A stretch of DNA of 64,000 nucleotides from Azolla caroliniana (lineage: Eukaryota > Plantae > Polypodiophyta): assembly GCA_043228905.1 (NCBI GenBank), contig JBHGNT010000013.1, positions 186,001 to 250,000 of the forward strand. The letters run 5' to 3'. The translations under genes were made by a program, and so were the position numbers. The notes below the pieces were generated by a model that was given only the letters and a program-made list of their open reading frames with translations, was not told the origin of the DNA and made no database searches. Positions 23,049-35,954 of this stretch are shown here, piece after piece; within the stretch, counting starts at the first letter, position 1, and every line of letters begins with the position of its first letter.

Positions 23049-25735
23049 CATACATCTGTATGCACGAGTTCCGGCCGCATCTTCTTCCTCATCGGGGGTC
23101 TTGTTTGGAAAGAGGTTCAGTTCTACTTGCTGGCCAAACAATCTACACACTTATCAAGGTGCACGTTTTTCACCTCTAGAATGAGGTCATCATCGATAAG
23201 TTTCCATATCCCCTTCTCACTCATGTGACATAGCCTCATGTACCATAGTTCGCCGGCTGTGCCGGCTACCACATTTGTTTCCTCCCAACATAATCGAGCA
23301 CCAACACATACAATGTATTTGTCTTTCGGGGTTGGGCCACAATCATGCTTCCCTTGCAGAACTTAAGTGTGTCGTTACATATGCTACCTGTGTAGCCCTC
23401 AACATCTACCTGACCGGCTAATATCAGATTGAATCTGACATCTAGAACATGTTGCACATCTTTCAATACCAGTCTACACCCGGTTGAAGTTGTTAAGCAC
23501 ACATCTCCTCTGCCAACGATTCAACATGCACCTTCATTTCCCACCTTCACACAATTGTGATCACCGGCTATATATGATGAGAAACATCCTCTGTCAGGAG
23601 TCAAGTGGAATGAGGCACCCGAATCGAGCACCCATGATGATTCATCGTGGACAAGGTTTAGCTCATTTTGCTCATTGATGAGCAACAACTCCTCACTTGT
23701 CATGATTGCTGAGGTACCTCTTCTTTCCGGGATCTTTTTCGGTTCGGCACCATTAGCTTCCCCTTTATCTTTCTTGAAGTGTTGGCAATTACTTTGGAAA
23801 TGCTCTGGCTTCCCACAATAGAAGTAGGTGGGCCTCCCCCTCGACCTCGTCCCCGACTTCTCCAAGTTCTGGGGACTTCTATTCTGACATCTTCCCCGAT
23901 TCAATGGACTCTGTGTTGTTAGAGCTAGCTACTAATGTAAGCATATGATAAGGATAATATAGATAAATAGATAAGTGAGGAGAGAGAGAAAGAAAGGTGT
24001 TGATCCACCCAACCACCCCCGAGCGAAGGGATCGAGATGGATTCGAGCCTAGATCCGTGTCCCATACCACCATTGTGGCGTCGAGTCATACTTGGTATTG
24101 GCCCCCTCGCTTCAAGAGTTGATCCACCACAAGGACAGAATCTTGACGTAGTAAATAATGTGTAAAATAAGGGTAGCTAGGCCTCATATTTATTATTAGC
24201 CAGACCTAAGGCCCCCAAGAAAGTTCACACTTGGTCTTAATGGGTCTTGACGTAGTCGATAATGTGTCAAATGAGGGTAGCTAGGACTCATATTTATTAC
24301 AGAGTCTTGATGTAGTTGATAATGAGTCAAATGAGGGTAGCCATGCCTTATATTTATTACAGAGTCTTGACGTAGTCGATAATGTATCAAATGAGGGTAG
24401 CTAGGCCTCATATTTATTATTAGCCAAACCTAAGGCCCCCAGGCAAGGTCATCACACTTGGCCTTAATGGGTTGTCTCAATCCCAAGGATTAAACGTAAT
24501 ACTTCCCTTCTTTACACTCTCGTTTAATCTTCACACTTTATCCACGTGTATAGAACACTACAGTACAATGTCACCATGGGAAATTATATGGTCATGCCCA
24601 TAACATTTGTCCTTCCAATGAGCTTCCTCATTTAGTAAGCTCGACTTCACCATCTCTAGGGATAGATGCTTCCCTTCCCGTCCGGTGTTGCCCAATATGA
24701 CAACGAATGTCTCCTAGCTGTATGGAAGGGATCCTAGCAACAACAATGCTAATACCTCATCGACAAGAGGTACTTCCAGAGAGGTGTTCTAGTTTATTAG
24801 TCCTTGGAAGGCGTTTAGATGCTCTGCCATGCTGGAACCATCATGATACCTCAATCTCACAATCTTTCGAAAGACAGATTCTCTATTAACAACATTTTTT
24901 TTCTCGAACATGATGTTGATCTTCTTCCACAGGACATCTGCCTTGGTCTCTTCATTAAAGTTGTTATATAGAACCATGTCTATAAAACACCTTATGTAAG
25001 CAATTGTCTTCAAATGCATAACCTCCCAGGTTGATGCATCGATCTTGTCTAGCCTTTTATTTCCAAACTGCACAGGCAGCCAGAGATCTCTGCACACTAG
25101 GATGTCCCTCATCTTCGATTTCCACATTGAATAGTTGGAGTTGGCTAACTTGAACATTCCACCGAAATGTTCGTCCATGCTTCTTTTCATGAAGGTTACG
25201 AGCCTTCACTCTGATACCTGTTTGTGGAGGATACTACTAGCCACAACTTGTTCTCACACTTGTGTATGTTTTACGTGGAAAATCTTGAAAGGGAAAAACC
25301 ACTGGCAGTCCACAAACTTCGAACTATTCCACTATGTATGAGAAGGTACAAGGAGTCTCGTAGGCAACAACGTCGAGCTCATCTTCGTCTGATAGACGGT
25401 TACAGAGAGATCACTCACAGTCTCACTAAGTTATAGTCTATCACACAACACTTAGTTGCAATGGCAACAACCTCCCACAACTTTTCAACAATAATGATAA
25501 TCATTGTTATCATAACTTGCCCTAACTATATTTATACATATATATATATGCCTATTTACAAATATAGCCATAATGGGCACATCTAGGCTAACTACAAATA
25601 TAGGCTAGTTGGATTTGGCCGATTTGGTTATCATTCGATTATTGGTCAGTCGATTTTTCGGCCTCGGCCAAGTTAGATATCCATCCGATTCGTCTTATGC
25701 TTTCTTGCCATCCGGAGGGACCCATTTTCCCAACA
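23049..25735 (-). mobile_element. Ty1/copia element G, 5' part (LTR, gag, protease, integrase start), interrupted by a solo LTR
   Basis: WVLDSGASFH, YFYCGKPEHFQSNC, gag MDEHFGGMFKLANSNYSMWKSKMRD; degenerate PBS (rc) ~25208-25219; LTR 25223-25735. Confidence 0.87.
23917..24605 (-). mobile_element. Solo LTR (family H) with internal 60-bp tandem repeats
   Basis: tgttag..ataaca; flanks tgtgt/tttgt (4/5 TSD); homologous to the LTR at 40021-42736; unit gagtcttgacgtagtcgataatgtgtcaaatgagggtagctaggcctcatatttatta about four times. Confidence 0.85.
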
Positions 25736-26320
25736 TACTTGACCTTGTAGATCCACTTGCAACCGATCGGTTTGCACTATTTTGGGGCGTCAACTAGATC
25801 CCAGGTGTTATTGGTGGTCAACACTCGTATTTCTTTGTACATAGCTTCCTGCCATCTCACATCCTTGGATGCCTCCGCGAAGCTCTCTGGTTCACGCACT
25901 GAAGCCACTTGCATCATGTATATGTACTGATGCACCATGTACTCATTATACCCGTATTGGGCGACGGGGTTTCTGTGGCGGGTTGATTGGCGAAGTTTCT
26001 TAGTTGCCGAGTTCATGGCCCTCTTGACCAAATTAGATCTCAGATCAAAGGGGTTCACTTTCACTGCTCATAGAATTGTTGGATTTTCTTTGCTCCGATG
26101 CGCTTGTCTTATTGCCGTACTAGGACATCTTCTTCTTCCTTCTATTGTGGCATGTTGTCATCTTCGGTGACATCACAACCAAATCTTCTTTACTCTGAGA
26201 CATTTCATAATGACTATGTTGCATTGAAGTTCGAAATTCATTTTGAGCTTCGAGATCAACCTCAAACGATCCTACTACAATGTCCTTGTCTCCAGAGTTC
26301 AGCTCCGACCTCACAGAGTT
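25736..26320 (-). pseudogene. Copia element I, integrase tail to RT start (continues at 35452-35954)
   Basis: REPESFAEASKDVRWQEAM, NTWDLVDAP, IGCKWIYKVK; reading continues from SRDVFFHESTSWYLPPMVMN on the far side of the 26321-35446 insertion. Confidence 0.85.
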
Positions 26321-26386
26321 TGTAAAGAATCGGGTGTGATTCTTGTGCAGAGGAATAGATATGAACTGTGTGTGTGTGTGTATGAG

Positions 26387-26387
<1 letters not shown>
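26321..26387 (-). repeat. Terminal (U5) fragment of a K-family LTR
   Basis: tgtaaagaatcgggtgtgattcttgtg... matches the starts of the LTRs at 29877 and 35060 and breaks off in the (TG)/(GA) tract. Confidence 0.9.
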
Positions 26388-26418
<31 letters not shown>

Positions 26419-26923
26419 TATATTATCGTCTTCGGAGATCAAATATGACCTATGAGACCAAAAATATTACATTTCACGTGATACGTGTTAAGGTGAGTAG
26501 TGACTCTCGATGTTCAAGAACTTTACCAATGAATGTTGCAATCGAGAGTGCTCATTGTGGTTGTGGGAGGAATTCATGCAAAGATTGGGCTCGGTCAAAG
26601 AGATGTGGAAAGCATGGTCGAATATGATCAAAGGCAGAGCATTGTATCAAAGTGTGATACTTAGACTCGCGAACTTGTTTAGGGCAAAGTGTGCATAGCT
26701 GACCACTCTCATCACTTGTGCCCCAACGCCTTGTTTCACATCGCAATCCATGTGAGCTAAGTCGCATGGAAGCAATGGTTCGAATGGCAGATAACGGTAT
26801 GGGCTCTAACATGTATCGATGTGTATGATTTCCCCATTCCGCAAAGAATATGGTTTTGTAGTTAGATGCAACATGTGTACTATAATGTGTGAAGTGTGAG
26901 CCTCCACATTTGTCCCATGTCAT

Positions 26924-27359
26924 TGTCATGAACAGTACTGAGACAGAGAAGGAATTAGTACTAAACGAAGGATTAGTACTATGAGAGGTGTGGAACTTCT
27001 TCGAGAGAAGGAAGAAGTGAGCGAGACAGAGAGAAAGAGAGAGAGAGAGAGAGAGTGAGAGTGATGATAAGAAAGATATTTATTATATGAAGAGAATATA
27101 CAACGGTGGCTAAAAGGCTTAAGACTGGCGTTGAACCAATTTGGTTCAACATAATGCCTAGTGCCCTCTTTTATAGTGTTTTCAGGAGTAATCCTGAAGC
27201 TTCTAGAATGTTCCAGAGAAATCTGGAATATACACTAATTTCCTATAATAAAATGTAAATGAAAATAATATCCTACGTATTACAATAGATGGTCTAATGG
27301 TCAAGAGCTCGACCCATATAACCTAAGGTCATGGGTTCGAGTCTTGCCATATCATGACA
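26924..27359 (-). mobile_element. Solo LTR (gypsy family L) inserted in the LINE
   Basis: tgtcatg..catgaca; TSD GTCAT at 26919-26923 and 27360-27364; homologous to the LTRs of the element at 40351-42604. Confidence 0.93.
27283..27348 (+). promoter_or_regulatory. tRNA-like RNA polymerase III A-box/B-box module inside the LTR
   Basis: tggtctaatgg (27290) and ggttcgagtc (27334) start 44 nt apart, as in tRNAs; conserved at 41334-41388 and 42520-42574. Confidence 0.6.
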
Positions 27360-29876
27360 GTCATGATACATTGGCATTGCAAAAATCCCTCATTTACAGA
27401 GGAATCTAATGATGCATCATGAAGCAAGTGTCTCGCATCCCATCTACCAAACCATTTTTCTATATCTTGCATCCAACCGGAACACAAAATTTTGCTTTTA
27501 TGCGTCTTTTGGATCTTTTTGCTTGCTTCCCACGCAATTCTAGGAAGTCAATGTGAGGGACTTTTTTGAACCTTAAGCATGTATTCAACAACCCTTTCCA
27601 TGGCCATGGTCTCAATGGGAAGCGATCCCGTCTCAAGGAGGAGGAGGGTTTAGGGCGTTTGTTTCTTAACTTGTAGAAACTTTGTAAGAAAATGTTTTTG
27701 GACATTTTCAAACTCTTTCCACATAGCTTTAGGGATGCTACCGCCCCATACTTCCACCCCATAGAGAAGAACTGGTGTCACCAAAGTGTCGAAACGATAT
27801 TTCTTGAGGACCCAACACTTAATATCTCCAAGGTTGCATGTGTTCTCAAATGGATAGTATGCTTGCTTACCCGCCTCTAAGCGGCGTGTAGCACATTCAT
27901 TCTATCTATGATTTGAAGGAACTTCAAGGCCACGATATTTGAAGCTTTCCACACATTCAAGTGGCTCATTGTTGTACATAATGCATGGTTTATCTCTTTT
28001 TTGGCTCTTCACAAGCATAATCTTTGTTTTAGAGCTATTGACACTTAATTTAGTATGCATGCAATTTTTTTCCAATGCCTTCATAAGCTTTTGTGCATCT
28101 CCTAAAGTATTTGCAAAAAACACTACATCATCTACATATAGCAAAAGCATAATCACAACATTCCCAATGGCAACTTCTTCAACACACTCTTCCTTTGCAA
28201 ACTTGGTAACCATTTCTTCCAATTCATCAATGCATAGACCAAATAGTGTTGGTGAGAGTGGGCATCCTTGCTTAACACCAATAGTGCTTTTGAAAAAATT
28301 TGAAAGTTTATCTCTCATGCACACACAACATATAACCTTCTCATAAATTCGGGAAATTGCAAGCATATATTCACTTGGCACCTCAACTTCTTCCATTCGC
28401 CTCTAAAGATGCTCATGAGGTACCATAATCAAAAGCTTTCTTGAAGTCTACAAAGCAACAATATAAACCTTTACCTCTAAGGTGACTTTCCTCCATTAAT
28501 ACTCGAAGGGTGATAAGGTGATCAATGGTGCTATGGTGTTTCCGAAAGCCAGCTTGTCGATAAGCTCTCTTACCACTTTTTTCAGTCCATACACTTATCT
28601 TTGATTCCATTATACATCCAAATAGTTTTGCCATTAATGAGCCAACCATGATGGTTCGATAGTTGTTTACATTATTTATATCTCCACCTTTATGTAAAGG
28701 TTTGATCCAATTTGTAGTCCAATCATACGGCATACCATGTTGCAATGCATCATTAAACATATCACTTATCCATATATGTGCTTCCTTTCCCGTCCATTTG
28801 AGCATTTCAGCCTTTATACATTGAAGATCGTTTGCCTTTCAAGAGGCCAATTTCTTAAGTCCTATGCATATATCTTCAATTGTAAAGAAGGGAGGCATAT
28901 GTGAAAGAGAACCATAACCCATCATTTTTCCGGCAAGAGATAACTCATATAAATTCTTACAATGCATAGACAATTCATGAAGAGTTAAGTCACCATAACT
29001 CTCATCACGTTTCCCCTTTAGATTTCCCCAAAATTTAGCACATGCATGTGCTTTCTCTTGTGTTTGGATAAATTGTTGAGTAACTTCCCATATTCTTCTC
29101 TTTCTTTGAATAAGCCTTTAATACTAATGCAAATGCTTTTGGTAATTCTCTTTATCCTTAACTACATCCAAAACCATAAGGCACTTTCGAGCTTCACGAC
29201 ATTCTTTATCAAACCATTTTTTCCTAAGTTTCTTGGTGCATTTCCAAGATGTGCGGTTGGTCGAAAAACATTTGTTTGTACAAGAGAGAATGATTTTCTT
29301 GAAAGCTTCCCATTTGCATTCTAGTGTGGCATCATGTTGTATCTTTGTCATTTGTAACATATCCTCAACCATCTTGGAACACATGGGTGCTCGCTTAAGG
29401 TTCATGCTCAAGTGCGGTTGTTTATTATCTTCAATAGCCTTCTCACAATCAAACCTATGCATACATTTGAGATCAATACATAAAGGCCTATGATTGGATT
29501 CTGGTGTCCATTCACCAAGTGAGAATTTATGTATACGATCCAAAATACCTCCGAAAAGTAGCACATAGTCGATCACACTATTTCTGTTGTGTTTCCTACA
29601 TGTAAAACCATTAGTGTTGGGCCATAAGGAAATACCATTTGCAATAAGAAATCCGGTCATATTGCACATTTGTAGGAGTAACTTCCCAAATTGGTCCGGA
29701 TCTTTTTCATCGCTAGAAGAGCGGCTATACATTTGCATATCCTCTTGCATCCTTGAGATATGTGGCATGAAAGATTCTTGCGAATCAAGTTGGAAACTTC
29801 TTGTATGAGCATTCATGTCACCAAAGACAATAACTTCCCCTTTGGATTTGAAATAAGCAATATCATCTTGATACCA

Positions 29877-32800
29877 TGTAAAGAATCGGGTGTGATTCTT
29901 GTGTAGCGGAATAGATATGAACTTTGTGTGTGTGTATGAGAGAGAGAGAGAGAGAGAGACAAGAAGTAAGACACAGAGAATACGCAAAGTAAAGTATATT
30001 AACAAAGGAGAAAGACCCAACAACATACAAGGTGGGAGGAGGGTGCTTTATATAGTCACCCTCTCTCTTCATTAACTACAAGACTCATGGAGCATGGGGA
30101 ATGTGAAAGCTCATAAGTTATGTGTCATAGAATATGATTCTATGACTCATACTAAATGCTAGAATACAAAGAGGTGACATAGTGGTGACTCTTGACCGTT
30201 GGAGTGTCCATTCACTCTCAAGGTGAGTTCACACACTAGACCAAGTTGAGCTTGATTCTCAACACGCCCCCTCAAGCTCAAGTCGGGTCAGTTTCAGACG
30301 GTATCTGAAATCCGCTTCGACTCGCGTTCCGGAGTCCGCGTCGACTCGCATTTATGTGGAGTTGCGGAATCCGTGCTCCAGCTTGTGTTGTGCGTAGTTG
30401 CGAAGTCTGTGCTTTGGCTTGCGTCTTTCTTAGCGGCTTTGTGCGGTAGATCGGCTCTTCGCGGCTTCGTTGTGCAGTTGCGGAATCCACCCTTCGCGGC
30501 TTTGTTGCACGGTTGCAGAATCCACGCGTTATTGCGTAGTGTCTTCAGTACACCCCCTCAAGCTTGGCAGGTCAAGGATCGTCAATCCGAGATCGGACAT
30601 GAATTACCATAGCTTGCCGGCTCCTAAGGCTTTATTGAAGATGTCAGCCGTTTGAAGATTTGTGCTAATGTGTTGTAGGTCGACATCGCCAGCTAGAACG
30701 CGCTCTTTGATGAAGTGATAATGCACTTCGATGTGCTTTGTCTGCGCGTGGAACACCGGGTTCCGAGCCAGATAGATACTACTCATGTTGTCGTAGTAAA
30801 GGGAAGTCGGATCCTTGATGGGTACGCCCAGATCCTTGAGTATCCTTTTGAGCCATACGGCTTCACATGCGGCCACTGCCTCGTTCCTGTATTCCGCCTC
30901 TATGCTCGAAAGAGCGACGGTTGGTTGCTTTTTGCTACTCTAGGATATTGCTCCATTGCCGAGGGAGAAAACAAATCCGAAGGTTGATCTTTTATCGGCT
31001 TTGTAGCCGGCCCAATTGGTGTTTGTGTACCCCTCGAGTCGTATTGGCATCGCAGTCTTGTAGAGGATGCCGCAATCCATTGTGCCGCTCACGTATCGTA
31101 GAACTCGCTTAGCGCAATCCAAGTGAGTATCACGTGGTGTTTGCATGAATTGGCTAAGGAGACTGACCGGATAACTGAGATCGGGTCGAGTGATCGTGAG
31201 GTAGATGAGACTCCCGATGAGTTGCCGATACTGAGTCGGCTCACACGCTTTGGTGCCGGAGTTCGCATCGAGTTTGAGATTGCGATCGAGCGGGGTTGCC
31301 GTGGACTTGCACTCAGCCATACTGAACTTGTATAACAAGTTGAGGATGTAGTGCCGTTGAGAGATCATGATTCCGGCCGGAGTCCAAATTACCTCGATGC
31401 CAAGGAAGTAGTGGAGCTCCTTCATGTCCGTCATCTCGAACTTGTCGGAAAGGAGGGAGTTGACCTTATTGATTTCGATGAGATGCTCACCTCCAATGAC
31501 TAGGTCATCAACATATAAGATGATGACGATCGAACTTGCGGAATCGCTTCGTATGTAGAGGGAGTTGTCCGATTTTAACATACGGAAGCCGATTTGATGA
31601 AGATATTGCGTATCTTCGAATGCCAAGCACGCGGTGCTTGCTTGAGGCCGTAGAGAGGCTTCTTGAGTCGGCATACAACTTTCGGATGGGTGCTCGAGTT
31701 GAATCCGGGTGGTTGTATCATTTACACCTCCTCTTCTAATTCGCCTTGTAGAAAGGTGTTCTTGACATCCATTTGATGGAGGTGCCACCCTTTCGCCGCG
31801 GCAAGCACAATTATGGTCCGTACCATCGTCATCTTTGACACCGGGGCAAAGGTCTCCTCATAGTCAACTCCATGCGTTTGTGCGTAGCCTTTCGCTACGA
31901 GTCGTGCTTTGTAGCGGTGGACGGAACCGTTGGCGTTGTACTTCACTTTGTAAATCCATCTTCCTCCAATTGCCTTTTTGTGTGGTGAGGTGGGAACAAG
32001 ATCCCACATCTCGTTCTTGCGTAGTGCCTGCATCTCCTCGTTCATGGATTCGATCCATCATGGATCCTTGGCTGCTTCGGAAAATGTTTCTAGCTTGTGT
32101 ACTATCGCCACCTTCATCATAAAGGCATAGTGATATGCCATGTAGTTGTAGCCGAATCGGCTGACCGGATTCTTTTCACGTGTGGAGCGACGGAGCTTTT
32201 GATTTGCAGAGATGAGGGCTTTCTTAGCTCCAATTGGTACATCAAAGCCACTGAACTCACTGTCGAGTGAGTGAGTCGACTCATCGTCGTCGAAGCGATC
32301 GTCTTCGTAATCCGCCATTTTCGCCTTGCCTTTGTCCATCTTCGGGCTAGGCCGTGATGTGCTTTGATCGCTCAAAGACTCTTGTGGTCCGCTCAGTTGG
32401 GTTGTGATCGGACTTTCTTCGAACATGCGTGTAAGGCGATCTTCATCCTCTATCTCTTGTTCGGCGGATTCCGGGTTGAGCGGAGTCGGAGTCGAAGTTG
32501 TCTCTAGTGAGTACCAGGATGCAGACTCGTCAAAAACAACGTCTCGACTTACTCGAGATTTTTGAGTTGAGGGGTTGTAGCAGTTGTACCCCTTTTGCTC
32601 TAGTGAGTATCCTACGAGGATACATTTCTCCGACTTCGGGTCAAGCTTTTGACGCTTCTTGTGGGGGATGTGCACGTACGCTATTGCACCGAATATCCGG
32701 GTGTACGATAAGTCCGACTTCTTTCCGAAGTATTTTTCGTGTGGAGTGACCTTGTGCACTCCGGATATTGTGCACCGGTTGATTAGGTAGACGGCCGTAT

Positions 32801-35446
32801 TTGCAACTTCGGCCCAATATGACTTGGGCATATGCTTCTCATTCATCATGGCCCGCGCTACTTCGAGGATGTGCCGATTTTTGCGCTCGGCTACTCTGTT
32901 TTGTTGCGGAGTGTGTCGGCAAGTGAATTCTCGCCGAATTCCTTCCTTTCAGAGATACACCATGAAATCATCGGGGAAGTACTCCTTGCTGCCATCCGAT
33001 CGAAGGCATCGTACATGACGGCTCATGGCTTTCTCGACTTCATTCTTGAATTTTTGGAAGTGTCCGAACACTTCGCTCTTTTAACGCATCGGATAGATCC
33101 AAGTGTGCCTGGAGAATTCATCGATGAAGAGCACGTAATATCGGCATCCGTAGAATGTAGCCGTCTACGCCGGTCGCCGGTCCCCATACGTCGAAATGAA
33201 CTACGTCGAGTAGACCTTTCCTCACGTTCGGCTCTTTCGGGAATGGGTGTCAGTGTTTCTTGCCGAATTGGCACGCTTCGCATATACCTTCAATCTCCTT
33301 CTCTTTGAATGTCAGAAATCTGATGATGACTCCTTTTGATTTCATCGCTTTGAGTTTGTTGAGATTCATGTGGCCAATTCACTTGTGCCATAGCTCTATG
33401 TTGGAATCGGCTTTCGTGCTTTTTGCGAACATGGCGGATTTCATCTCGTGTGAATCGAGAATGAACATCCAGCCCTCTCTTCTTCCGCGTGCGATGATTC
33501 GGCCCTCTTTTTCGATGAAGCACCCTTCTTGGTCGAATCGTACTTGCATCCCTTGCTCAACCATTTGGCCGACCGAGACCAAATTCTTCATGATGGTGGG
33601 AACATGCAAGACATTTTTAATGTACTTTGCTTACCTCTTTCGCCGAACGGAACATTGCCGATGTGCGGAATTGGGTGCGTAGTGTCATCTCCGGTTTCGA
33701 CATAACCGGGTTGCTCCGGCTCTCGAAGTTCGAGAAACCATTCTTTATGGGATGTCATATGGTTTGAGGCTCCAGAGTCAACAAACCATATGTCCTCCGG
33801 ATTGAGGGCACTAGTTGAGGTAGAGGCCGACATAGAGTTTGCTCTATGTTTCATCATGAACATTCCGCCATGGTCGGAGTTGTGTGCATACATTCTGCCA
33901 CGATCTTCGTAGTCAGAGTTGTGCCCGTACATTCTACTATGATCTTCGTAGTCAGAGTTTTGCCCCTACATTCCGCTATACTCTCCGTAATCAGAATTGT
34001 GCGCGTAATTCGTGAGTTGTCAACTTGTGGAAGCCGATTCGCACATCTTCTTTCAGCACTCTTCTTCGTGGTGGCCGAGCTTTCCACAATATCCGCATTC
34101 GGTTGCATTTTGACGGCTCGGGCCAGAGTGGAAGCTCCCCCTTCTTGCTAAGGTTCCTCGTTGGCTTCCATTTTGCGGCCGAAATTGCGAGTTGTTGTCG
34201 TAGGTCAGACCTCGTCCGCCTTGTCCTTGGTTGAATCGGCCTCTCGCTCATCCGCGTCCTCTTCCTCGGTCGAGTGCGTGTAGAGCATGTGGCCTTCCGA
34301 CTCATTGCTCCTTGTATGCACGTGGTTTTCTTCAACCAATAGCATTGATTGGAACTCGAAAAAGGAGGGAGATTTCTCTCGTGCTAGAACGGCGGTTTGC
34401 ATCGTGCCGAACCGTGGTTCGATGCCACTGAGGCATATTTGCACCATCTCATCATCATCGATATTTATGCTTATTGAGCCGAGCGAGTCGCAAAGCTCCT
34501 TGTTCTTCGAGGTGTATCTCATGATGGACATGTCCCTTTGTTGAATGTTGTTCAACTCTTGGCGGAGTTGAAGCCTTCTTGTGGTTGTGTTCGCCGCGAA
34601 AATCTTTCGTAGATTTTCCCATGCCTCCTTTGGCGCCTTGGCTTCGTGAATGTAGCCGAGCATGTGATTGTGAACACATGTTGCCAAGCAATACATCATG
34701 CGGCTTGCGGCTTGCTCCCATGTCGCGTATCCGGGAGCCATTTCGATGGGTCGATCTTCGTGCGCTCCTTTGATGTAGCTCCAATAGCCTTGTCATACAA
34801 GGTATTGGTGCATCTTGTACTCCCAAGATTCGAAGTGGTTTCAATCCAACTTCTCGGTAGGGAGAGCGCTCCCCATTTGAGTATTCATTCTGTCGATTCT
34901 TCTTCTTCTTCTTCTTCTTCTTCTTCTCTCTTCGAATGCGAGCTATGTAGCAAAGCTACGATAGCAATGAGCCGGTTCTTGGTCGTCGGCGTAGGACACA
35001 ACACATGATCACGATGAGGCAAGTGGGCTAGATCGAGCTACCAAATCGCTCTGATACCATGTAAAGAATCGGGTGTGATTCTTGTGCAGCGGAATAGATA
35101 TGAACTCTGTGTGTGTGTATGAGAGAGAGAGTGTGAGAGAGACAAGAAGTAAGAAATAGAGAATACGCAAAGTAAAGTATATTAACAAAGGAGAAAGACC
35201 CAACAACAACCAAGGTGGGAGGAGGGTGCTTTATATAGCCACCCTCTCTCTTCATTAACTACAAGACTCATGGAGCATGGGAATGTAAAAGCTTGTAAGT
35301 TATGTGTCATAGAATATGATTCTATGACTCATACTAAATGCTAGAATACAAAGAGGTGACATAGTGGTGACTCTTGACCGTTGGAGTGTCTATTCACTCT
35401 CAAGGTGAGTTCACACACTAGACCAAGTTGAGCTTGATTCTCAACA
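29877..35446 (-). mobile_element. Ty1/copia element K with two LTRs and degenerate gag-pol
   Basis: LTRs 29877-30264 and 35060-35446; PPT (rc) cgccccctcaagc 30265-30277; PBS (rc) 35048-35059; WFVDSGASNH, RYKARLVAKGY, ILYVDDL, HAQTKHIEVHYH; frameshifts. Confidence 0.95.
33861..34010 (-). repeat. 39-bp tandem repeat (about four copies) in the gag-protease linker of element K
   Basis: gtagtcagagttgtgcccgtacattctactatgatcttc variants, encoding NSDYEDRGRMYAH-like units. Confidence 0.88.
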
Positions 35447-35451
35447 TAGTT

Positions 35452-35954
35452 CATAACCATTGGTGGTAAGTACCATGATGTGGATTCATGAAAGAAGACA
35501 TCACGACTTACTCATACTTCTTAGGTTCGGGGGTTATAACACATACCCCTTTTGCTCGTGTGAGTACTTGACGAAGATGTAGTTTTCACCTTTCGGATCC
35601 AACTTCTTCCTTTTTTTGTTCGGCAAATGAACATAAGAAATACTCTCAAAGACTCGTAAACCCATTGGTGGTGGGTACTATGATGTGTATTCGTCAAAGA
35701 ATACATCACAACTTACTCATACTTCTCCAGTTCGGGGGTTATAACACTTATACCCCTTTTGCTCGTGTGAGTACTCGACGAAGATGTAGTTTTCAGCTTT
35801 CGGGTCCAACTTCTTCCTTTTTTTGTTCGGCACATGAACATAACAAATACTCCCGAAGACTTGTAAATGTGCCATATTTAGCTCGTGTCAATTCAACAAA
35901 TATACTGTTGTCATGAACACATGAAATTCACCCGAACTTGAACTACCAATACCT
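35452..35954 (-). pseudogene. Copia element I integrase fragment with a ~205-bp tandem duplication
   Basis: Units begin ccattggtggt at ~35457 and ~35662; both encode KKRKKLxPK..KGxxCYNP..VSxDVFF-like sequence. Confidence 0.82.

Larger units (their letters stand above)
26388..29868 (-). mobile_element. Non-LTR retrotransposon (RTE/RTEX-like LINE), 5'-truncated and degenerate
   Basis: APE motifs VIVFGDMNAHT, SVIDYVL, SNHRPL; RT motifs LHKGGD..NYRTI, QAGFR, FVDFKKAFD, GVKQGCPLSPTLF, LLYVDD; C-terminal CxxC..H..C finger; (TATC)n tail at 26388-26417. Confidence 0.92.

Noticed and set aside
27283-27348. Functional tRNA gene
   Set aside because: A/B boxes are present but I cannot fold a convincing acceptor and anticodon stem, and the sequence is an integral part of a repeated LTR.
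29124-30026. 300-aa ORF as a host membrane protein gene
   Set aside because: The hydrophobic N-terminus is translated LTR and microsatellite sequence and the rest is LINE endonuclease; it is a junction product.
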